A stretch of 32,000 nucleotides of DNA from an uncultured Lachnospiraceae bacterium (GTDB lineage Bacteria > Bacillota > Clostridia > Lachnospirales > Lachnospiraceae): the NCBI GenBank assembly GCA_963517115.1, contig CAUQEW010000011.1, positions 104,501-136,500 on the forward strand. The letters are read 5' to 3'. This document shows positions 25,332 to 32,000 of the stretch, one piece after another (position 1 is the first letter of the stretch; every line of letters begins with the position of its first letter). A model generated the notes under the pieces. The model was given only the letters and a program-made list of their open reading frames with translations, was not told where the DNA came from and did not search any database. Made by a program: the position numbers and the translations under genes.

Positions 25332-28300
25332 TTATTTTATAGAAACAACCTGTAATTTACACGTCAAACGTCTTCCATTAACAGTTGCGGTAATAGTAGT
25401 AGTACCTGTTCTTCTAGATTCTACCCGTCCACCTGTGACAACTGCAATCTCACTATCTGCAACATCCCATGTGATCCCCGATGTTATTCCAATAACCTCT
25501 AATTGATATTTAGAGTACTGTTCTAAAACCAATTTGGTTGTGTTTAATCCTACTACAGTTACTTTTGTTGTAGCCGTCTTACCGGAATCAGTCATTACTG
25601 TAACATTAGCTATACCTGGAGTACGTGCTGTTACCTTACCCAAAGATTTACTAACCGTAGCTACAGTTTTATTGTCACTTTCCCAAGAGAATTGATCTGT
25701 ACTGGCTATTGGATTAATAGCCATTTGTAAGGTGTTTGTCTCCCCCACTACCATTGTTAAATTCTGATTTAATATTGTAACACTAGTAGCTGGTGTTAAT
25801 GCTTGCACATTTACATAACAACGTGCTGACTTTCCACTGCTGTCTTGGGCTGAAGCAGTAATTATAACTTTTCCTTCCTTTAGAGCTGTTACAACTCCAT
25901 TCGATTCTACAATTGCTACCGTTTCATCACTAGAACTCCATTTAGCTTGCTTATATGAAGCATTACTTGGATTTATACTAGCTTTTAGTGCAAAACTTCT
26001 ACCTTCAATTGTATTTACAGATGTTCTATTCAATGAAATAGATGTTACTAATTTTACTACTCTGATGTCACAGCTAGCATCAACTCTGCTACCATCTTGT
26101 GCAGTAGCAGTTATGGTAACATACCCTAGCGTTTTACCCGTAACTTTACCTTTTGAATTAACAGTAGCAATCTTTTTATTACTTGTAGACCACTTAATTT
26201 TTGGATTCGTAGCAGCATTAGTTTCTACCGTAGCATCAATTGTAAAACTCTTTCCTAATCCTAATTTATAACTAGATTTGTTTAGCTTAATTTTTGTTAC
26301 ACGTTCAATTACTTCAACAACACATATTGCAGTATACTCGCCATCTGCTGTCTTACATGTTATAACAGCCGCACCACTGGTTAACCCTTTTACAACTCCG
26401 TTAGCAGAAACTGATGCAACTGCTTTATTTGAACTTGTCCAAGTAACATTCACTGGTATTGCTTCACTAGGTAATATAGTTGCTTTAATTTGAAAACTTT
26501 CTCCGGTTACTATAGTTTTATCTTCAAAATTTAACTGTAGACCTGTGACTTGCTGTACAACTGTCACATTACAATATACGGATCCTCCGATTGATGTTTT
26601 AGCAATGATAACCGCTTTTCCTGTTGCTACACCGGTTACTTTTCCATTTTGATCTACTGTAGCTACCTTGGTATCAGTAGATTCCCATGTTAAAGTTATT
26701 TCTGTACTATTAGCAGGGGTCATAGTTGTCTTTATTGTATAGGATTGACCTACATTCAGTTCAAGATCCTTCACATCAAAACTAACACCAGTAGCTTTTT
26801 GCTTTACTGTAATGGTACAAGTTTTCATTAAGGTACCATCTTCCGATTTTACAATAATCACTGCTTGTCCGACACCTTTTGCAGTAAGAAGACCCGTAGA
26901 ATCTACACTTACAACAGAAGTGTTCAAGGAACTCCATGTAACATCCTTATTGGACGCATTTGATGGTGTAATGGTATAGGTTATTCTGGTAGATTCACCT
27001 ACATACATAATCTTTGTTGTTTCATCCAAGACTAGTGAGGTTGCGGAAACATCAACATTAACATTACAGATAGCTGTCACTGTTGGGTTATCCTTAGAAG
27101 TTGCTATAATAGATGCTGAGCCGGCTGCTATCAAAGTAACTAATCCATCTTGATCTACCGTTGCAACCTTTGTATTTGTCGAACTCCAAGTTATTTCTTT
27201 ATTTGTTGCAGCTACTGGTGAAACAATAGCTCTTAATTGAAAACTTTTATCTGACAATGTAGCATTGACTGTTGTATCTGATAAAGTAATACTAGTAACC
27301 TTTTGCTTAACAGTTACATGGCAAGAGCCCACGACTACGTTATCCTGATTAATTGCAGTTATTACAGTAGTTCCGGGGGTATTACCTCCTTGAATTGTAA
27401 CTGTTAAATCTCCTGAATCCGTGATTTTTACTACATTTTCATTTGCTGATACCCATTTTAGTTTTACATTGTTTAAACCACTTGGTTCAACGGTAGCCTT
27501 AAGTGTTACAAAGTCCTCCATATTCAAAGTTACCGTAGATGGACTAATTGTAATCTTTGTTACGGATGGTTGCACCGTTATGGTACAGGTTGCTGATTTC
27601 ACAACACCTTTAACGGTTTGTGTAGCTGTAATAACTGCTTGTCCTTTGGAAACTCCAGTTACTAAACCACCCTTTACAGTTGCAATTTTATCATCACTAG
27701 TGGTCCAAACAATTTCCTCACTGGAGTCCGTTGTAATAGCTGCCAACTGCATCGTTCCTGCGGTGTAAATCGTGGCTGCAGTATAATTTAATGCAATTCC
27801 ATCAATTATGGTAACCGTTAACGTTGGTATTACAGGTATATCTGTGAATAATCCTGCTGCTGGTAGATAAGTCAATTTAAGTTCAACTTTACCCTTCGTA
27901 TTTGCTGTAATAACGCCAGTAGATGTATTAATTGAGGCTATGGTACTACTGCTAGGGACAAATGCATAGTTAAACATACTCGCAGAAGGAATATTAGAAT
28001 TTTCAGTTATATTGTAAGTATCTCCTACGTTCATAACTATGTCCGTGTCTTCAAGCGCAACAGGTACAATATATTTGATATGTATATAAGGAATACTTGT
28101 ATTTTTATCATAATCCTTATTTGCAAAAGCATAGATTTCATACGTTCCAGCTTTCGCTCTATTAATTATAAAACTACCATTACCCGTGCTGATCTCATAT
28201 TTTATCTTGCTTGTGACAGCTGGGTCTATTAGAGTATTATTATTATCATATACCTGCCATTTTAAATTGGATGCTTTTAAAGCATTCGTATTAATTATAC

Positions 28301-29084
28301 CAATTGATGATCCTGTGGTAACTGTGAAATCACTTTTATATGTTTGTGTGCTAGGATCAAGAGCTAAAGGCCTTACTACTACTGTAAAGGTTGTTTTCTG
28401 CTGATCATTGCTAGAAGACGATGTATTCGTTACAATGGTAATCGTTGCAGATCCTGCTCCTACCGCTATAACATCACCATTGTCTGCAATTTTTGCAACA
28501 GAGTCATTATCACTTGTAAAAGTAACAGAAGAGTTATCAGCAATAGAAACTGCATCTTTGTATTTTAGGTATATCTTCTGAGTAACGCCTTTTTCTATCG
28601 GTGTAACCTTGTATGCTGTTTGTGTAACCTCTGTATAAGGTGTCTTGTTTATTCCATAATCAATATCTAATGTTACCTTTATCTGACAACTAATGTTATA
28701 GATAACTCCATTTTTTGTAATCTTCGCTGTAATCATGGCATATCCTGGCCCTTTACGTTGTAACTCAGCAAAATGGTCTGCGGATGTATCTTCTACAGCT
28801 TTTACAACAGATTCTTTAGAAGAAACCCAATCAATATCAGCATCAGCAACAATTTGATTGTCTGATCCATTAACATATACATTAATGCTGCTATCTTTTA
28901 ACTCATACTCTGACCCATCTGCTTTATGTTCTGAGTTAAATACAAAATGGTATTTCTCTGTCGTTGGTGTCGGTGTTGGTGTAACACTGGACGCAAACAC
29001 TCTAACGTTCCCCCCAAAACCCATCGCTACTAATACAATAATACCCCAAATTACCAAATAAGATTTGAACTTATTTATCTTCAT
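25332..29084 (-). CDS. Secreted/surface protein with about a dozen bacterial Ig-like (Big_2) repeats
   Basis: ATG 29084 lies 6 nt after AAGGAGG. Signal peptide MKINKFKSYLVIWGIIVLVAMGFGGNVRVFA, then a TPTPTPT linker. A repeated ~85-aa module carries W(S/T)S.N..VA(T/S)V...G.VT......G.A.I.A. No LPXTG, SLH or choline-binding tail is visible. Confidence 0.85.
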   Translation of the reverse strand: MKINKFKSYLVIWGIIVLVAMGFGGNVRVFASSVTPTPTPTTEKYHFVFNSEHKADGSEYELKDSSINVYVNGSDNQIVADADIDWVSSKESVVKAVEDTSADHFAELQRKGPGYAMITAKITKNGVIYNISCQIKVTLDIDYGINKTPYTEVTQTAYKVTPIEKGVTQKIYLKYKDAVSIADNSSVTFTSDNDSVAKIADNGDVIAVGAGSATITIVTNTSSSSNDQQKTTFTVVVRPLALDPSTQTYKSDFTVTTGSSIGIINTNALKASNLKWQVYDNNNTLIDPAVTSKIKYEISTGNGSFIINRAKAGTYEIYAFANKDYDKNTSIPYIHIKYIVPVALEDTDIVMNVGDTYNITENSNIPSASMFNYAFVPSSSTIASINTSTGVITANTKGKVELKLTYLPAAGLFTDIPVIPTLTVTIIDGIALNYTAATIYTAGTMQLAAITTDSSEEIVWTTSDDKIATVKGGLVTGVSKGQAVITATQTVKGVVKSATCTITVQPSVTKITISPSTVTLNMEDFVTLKATVEPSGLNNVKLKWVSANENVVKITDSGDLTVTIQGGNTPGTTVITAINQDNVVVGSCHVTVKQKVTSITLSDTTVNATLSDKSFQLRAIVSPVAATNKEITWSSTNTKVATVDQDGLVTLIAAGSASIIATSKDNPTVTAICNVNVDVSATSLVLDETTKIMYVGESTRITYTITPSNASNKDVTWSSLNTSVVSVDSTGLLTAKGVGQAVIIVKSEDGTLMKTCTITVKQKATGVSFDVKDLELNVGQSYTIKTTMTPANSTEITLTWESTDTKVATVDQNGKVTGVATGKAVIIAKTSIGGSVYCNVTVVQQVTGLQLNFEDKTIVTGESFQIKATILPSEAIPVNVTWTSSNKAVASVSANGVVKGLTSGAAVITCKTADGEYTAICVVEVIERVTKIKLNKSSYKLGLGKSFTIDATVETNAATNPKIKWSTSNKKIATVNSKGKVTGKTLGYVTITATAQDGSRVDASCDIRVVKLVTSISLNRTSVNTIEGRSFALKASINPSNASYKQAKWSSSDETVAIVESNGVVTALKEGKVIITASAQDSSGKSARCYVNVQALTPATSVTILNQNLTMVVGETNTLQMAINPIASTDQFSWESDNKTVATVSKSLGKVTARTPGIANVTVMTDSGKTATTKVTVVGLNTTKLVLEQYSKYQLEVIGITSGITWDVADSEIAVVTGGRVESRRTGTTTITATVNGRRLTCKLQVVSIK

Positions 29085-29201
29085 TTGTGACCTCCTTGTC
29101 CTAACCCACATGATTTTTTACTTAAAACACATAAATCTACAATTTCCAATATATTTATCGACAAGTATTACAATAATCTTTAGATATATAATCACTTAAT
29201 A

Positions 29202-29957
29202 CTATTTTTTTATATCCAGAAACTTGTTAAACTTCTTTTCTCCCAAAATTTCATTTGTTACAAATTGACCCTTATCAAAAAAGCTATACGTTGTAAATGG
29301 TGCAGGAGCATTTTGTGCCTGTTCAGTAGTCTCAAATTTAATAAGTTTTACATCGCTACCTCTCTGTTGGGCAATTTCTTTTATAATTGGAGCATATTTA
29401 TCTGTATGAGGACACTGATTGGAATAATACAATACCATTCCCTGATCCTCAATTACACCTAGTTTCACAAAATCTTTAAAATGTGGAATAGGTGCATCAC
29501 TAGTTAATGGTAAATAAAGCAATTCATAATAAGGTGTTGCAACATCTGCCACTTCAAACCCCTTGTATTTTAGGAATTTAGGATCCGATAGAAATGGTAG
29601 TTTATTCTTTGAAGAAAGCACGGTCAAACCAATTTTACCTTTGGCTTTTGCGTCTGCTAAACATTCCTCTAATAGTTGGCTCGCATAACCTTGCCCTTTG
29701 TATTGGCCCGAAACCCAAAAACAATTTATGTGCATATAATTTTCTGCTTCAATAGGACACCATGCTTTTTCAGCAGGTATATATTCAATAAAAACTTTTC
29801 CTCTAGCATCTAATTTCTTAAATACAAGACCATCTTCAAACCTTTCCTTCATCCAAGTTTTTTTAGAACCTACACAGTTTTCTCCCTTTTTATCTGCTAT
29901 AGCACAGCAAATATGCTCTTTATCTATATTGTCAGTAGTTACATTCATAAATTGCAT
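29202..29957 (-). CDS. GNAT N-acetyltransferase with C-terminal YoaP-like domain
   Basis: 251 aa. The GNAT core reads CFWVSGQYKGQGYASQLLEECLADAK. Length and architecture match what I recall of B. subtilis YoaP. AGGAGGG SD lies 7 nt upstream. Confidence 0.65.
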   Translation of the reverse strand: MQFMNVTTDNIDKEHICCAIADKKGENCVGSKKTWMKERFEDGLVFKKLDARGKVFIEYIPAEKAWCPIEAENYMHINCFWVSGQYKGQGYASQLLEECLADAKAKGKIGLTVLSSKNKLPFLSDPKFLKYKGFEVADVATPYYELLYLPLTSDAPIPHFKDFVKLGVIEDQGMVLYYSNQCPHTDKYAPIIKEIAQQRGSDVKLIKFETTEQAQNAPAPFTTYSFFDKGQFVTNEILGEKKFNKFLDIKK

Positions 29958-30003
29958 TGTATACCCTCCTTAATGATTATTCCTAGGCTTTCAAGGAAAA
30001 AGT

Positions 30004-30046
30004 AAAAAAGACCTCCTCATACGTGTGATAAAGGCATGAGAAAGTC
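30004..30046 (-). terminator. Strand-specific rho-independent terminator, either the end of the argR-side operon or an attenuator in the acetyltransferase leader
   Basis: Minus strand: GACTTTCTCAT-(15 nt)-ATGAGGAGGTC forms an 11-bp stem including 2 G-U pairs (C-A mismatches on the plus strand), followed by TTTTTT. It ends ~46 nt upstream of ATG 29957. Confidence 0.6.
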
Positions 30047-30159
30047 CAAATTTTATACATCCGTAATTGAATTGAGAATGTTTTTGTGTTAGTGTACCAA
30101 AAAATATCAACTGATCAACTGATTTGTTGATAATATACAGATGTAAATTTCCATCTGCA

Positions 30160-30558
30160 TCATCTAACCTTCTTTGCAAATGCCAAAATATTACCATCAA
30201 TATCAGAACCGTATGCTACATAATCTCCCCAATTTCTAAGTTCTGCTTTACTAATTCCAATACCCCCAACATCTATTAATTTAAAGTAATATTCTTCTGG
30301 GTCATTAACAAATAAATAAATTTCACTTCTTGGTATTCCATTGGCTTGTGCAGGATTGGGTATTTTATTATTAAGTATTTTCATGATACCTACTTCTGGC
30401 ATTATCCCCAATGTAACATTATCTAGCAGTTGAAATTCAGTCATTCCTGGAACATCAAGAATTGGTTTATAGCCTAAAAGTTTTTCATAAAATAATTTAC
30501 TCTTATCTTGATTATTTACATAGATTATAAACATCATGCTATCATTTAATATACTCAT
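30160..30558 (-). CDS. VOC (glyoxalase/bleomycin-resistance fold) family protein
   Basis: Small protein of beta-alpha-beta-beta-beta type: V.D...S..FY...LG......E...F......LG; C-terminal DPDGN-like DIDGNILAF. ATG 30558 lies 6 nt after GAGGTG. Confidence 0.6.
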   Translation of the reverse strand: MSILNDSMMFIIYVNNQDKSKLFYEKLLGYKPILDVPGMTEFQLLDNVTLGIMPEVGIMKILNNKIPNPAQANGIPRSEIYLFVNDPEEYYFKLIDVGGIGISKAELRNWGDYVAYGSDIDGNILAFAKKVR

Positions 30559-30575
30559 AAAAATCACCTCAAAGA

Positions 30576-31304
30576 TTATTCATCCCAGTTATGATAAACT
30601 TCCTGCACATCATCATCTTCATCTAATAAATCCAAGGTACGGTTCATCATCTTGATATCGAATTCTTCCGTAAGATCGACCCATGTTTGAGGAATCATAG
30701 TTACATCAGCCTGTGCCATAGGAATTCCTGATTTCTCTAAAGCTTCTCTAACATCACGAAAGGAATCAGGATCTGTAAGGACTTCAAAGCTATCCTCTTC
30801 TTCGGAAAAATCTTCCGCCCCAGAATCTAAAGCTATCATCATTAGCTCATCTGCTTCCATATCACATTCTTCTTTATCAATAATTATCTGGCCTTTTTTA
30901 TCAAACATAAAGGATACGCAGCCGGGAGTTCCAACATTACCATTTCCTTTAGTAAATGCATTTCTTACATTTGAAGCAGTTCTATTCTTATTATCTGTTA
31001 ATGTTTCAACGATAATTGCGATTCCATTTGGCCCATAACCTTCATAAGTTATAAATTCGTAATTAACTGAATTGGCATCACCAGCAGCCTTTTTGATACT
31101 TCTATCAATTGTATCGTTTGGCATATTATTAGATTTTGCTTTAGCAATAATATCTTTTAAACGACTGTTCCCATTAGGATCAGCGCCTCCCTCTTTAACA
31201 GCCACTGCAATTTCTCTTCCTAATTTTGTAAATATCTTACCTTTGGTAGAATCATTCTTTTCTTTTCTATGTTTAATATTAGCAAATTTTGAATGTCCTG
31301 ACAT
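30576..31304 (-). CDS. YebC/PmpR-family transcriptional regulator/translation factor
   Basis: MSGHSKFANIKHRK...GPNGIAI..E..TDN.NRT family signature. ATG 31304 follows AAGGAGAG. Confidence 0.9.
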   Translation of the reverse strand: MSGHSKFANIKHRKEKNDSTKGKIFTKLGREIAVAVKEGGADPNGNSRLKDIIAKAKSNNMPNDTIDRSIKKAAGDANSVNYEFITYEGYGPNGIAIIVETLTDNKNRTASNVRNAFTKGNGNVGTPGCVSFMFDKKGQIIIDKEECDMEADELMMIALDSGAEDFSEEEDSFEVLTDPDSFRDVREALEKSGIPMAQADVTMIPQTWVDLTEEFDIKMMNRTLDLLDEDDDVQEVYHNWDE

Positions 31305-31370
31305 ATGAACTCTCCTTTTTTTCAATAATTCAATGATACAGTCATTAATTGTAACACGGTCTTTGGCGTT

Positions 31371-31832
31371 TTACAAGCTTTTGGAATTGATAAGTTTACT
31401 TAATTTCTCCATAACAGCAATCGTATCTTCAGTAGTTTTTATGACACACATCACTGTATCATCGCCTGCTATACATCCCATAATCCCCTTAATATGTAAT
31501 GCATCCAGAGCAGCGGCAACAGCCATAGCCATGCCTGAGACAGTCTTAACGATCACAATATTCTGTGCCATGTCCATAGAAATAAATCCGTCTTTTAATA
31601 CACGGACATATTTTTCACTCAATCCAGTTTCTGTATTATTAAGGACAATATATTTTTGTTTTCCATCATCCACAGCAATCTTAGTTAATTTTAATTCTCG
31701 AATGTCTCTTGAAATTGTTGCCTGAGTCACATTATAACCTGCTTGTGTTAATAAGTCAGCTAAATCTTCTTGGGTCTCAATGTCATTCTTATTAATTAAT
31801 TCAATTATTTTACTTTGTCTTCCTACCTTCAT
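31371..31832 (-). CDS. argR: Arginine repressor ArgR/AhrC
   Basis: R...I..II......Q.EL...L...G..VTQATISRDI.EL.L.K and C-terminal GTIAGDDT-like GCIAGDDTV. ATG 31832 (M16 of the track ORF) lies just after the nadK stop. Confidence 0.9.
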   Translation of the reverse strand: MKVGRQSKIIELINKNDIETQEDLADLLTQAGYNVTQATISRDIRELKLTKIAVDDGKQKYIVLNNTETGLSEKYVRVLKDGFISMDMAQNIVIVKTVSGMAMAVAAALDALHIKGIMGCIAGDDTVMCVIKTTEDTIAVMEKLSKLINSKSL

Positions 31833-31836
31833 GGTT

Positions 31837-32000
31837 TTATTCTCCGCCTTGTCCAATTTTTGTTCTAAGTATTTCAAAAAAACTAGTGTGGTTTATTTTA
31901 ACTAATTTAGTTTCTTCTCTGGCCTTAAATATATTAATTTCATCCTCTGCATGCAGTAAAATTGCCATCCTGCCATCAAAGGTTGCTATCGCTTCTTCTT
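31837..32000 (-). CDS. nadK: NAD kinase, C-terminal ~54 codons; the gene starts beyond the right edge
   Basis: Open minus-strand frame reading ...EEAIATFDGRMAILLHAEDEINIFKAREETKLVKINHTSFFEILRTKIGQGGE*, with stop at 31839..31837. It resembles NadK C-termini (DG....D.I.I.K....L.......F...LR.K). The nadK-argR-recN context is conserved in Firmicutes. Confidence 0.65.
   Translation of the reverse strand, partial: EEAIATFDGRMAILLHAEDEINIFKAREETKLVKINHTSFFEILRTKIGQGGE

Noticed and set aside
25279-25506. 75-aa plus-strand ORF at the Big_2 gene 3' end
   Set aside because: It is antisense to the Big_2 gene and has no SD.
25332-29084. Diversity-generating retroelement or phase-variable repeats in the Big_2 gene
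   Set aside because: There is no reverse transcriptase or template repeat in the window. The Ig-like modules are diverged at the DNA level, and the coding sequence has no long homopolymer or identical repeats.
29991-30200. 69-aa minus-strand ORF between the VOC and acetyltransferase genes
   Set aside because: It overlaps the VOC 3' end and spans the terminator hairpin at 30004-30046. It has no SD. The region is better explained as a leader or terminator.

Overview
AT-rich chromosomal segment from an endospore-forming Firmicute, Clostridia-like (a Lachnospiraceae-type CheA N-terminus is my recollection, not a search result). Nearly everything is on the minus strand. It joins two synteny blocks known from Bacillus subtilis. 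Block 1 (16.8-4.7 kb) is gap-pgk-tpiA-gpmI, secG, a T-box-controlled metG, rnr, smpB and ssrA (tmRNA). Block 2 (32-20.5 kb) is nadK(partial)-argR ... recN-spoIVB-spo0A. Between the blocks lie a split CotF-like spore-coat pair and a lone glgA. Left of ssrA lie a TetR regulator translationally coupled (GTGA overlap) to a soluble triple-PAS hybrid histidine kinase, then a CheA-type Hpt protein that runs off the window. I see no CRISPR, integrase, transposase, rRNA or tRNA. I cannot claim a clearly novel multi-gene system. The most unusual loci are: (1) a 2.3 kb islet of four small uncharacterised genes splitting the normally adjacent smpB-ssrA pair, including a 159-aa minimal protein-kinase-like ORF, a 3x18-bp tandem repeat in its divergent promoter region, and sigmaK-like -10 motifs upstream of its genes; (2) a 6.3 kb block (YebC-family, VOC, YoaP-like acetyltransferase, 1250-aa Big_2 repeat protein) between argR and recN, with a 105-bp near-perfect inverted-repeat element at the recN junction; (3) a 36-codon upstream sORF joined to the CheA-like gene through an A8 tract. 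All functional calls rest on motifs I recognised by eye in the supplied translations. No database search was run.
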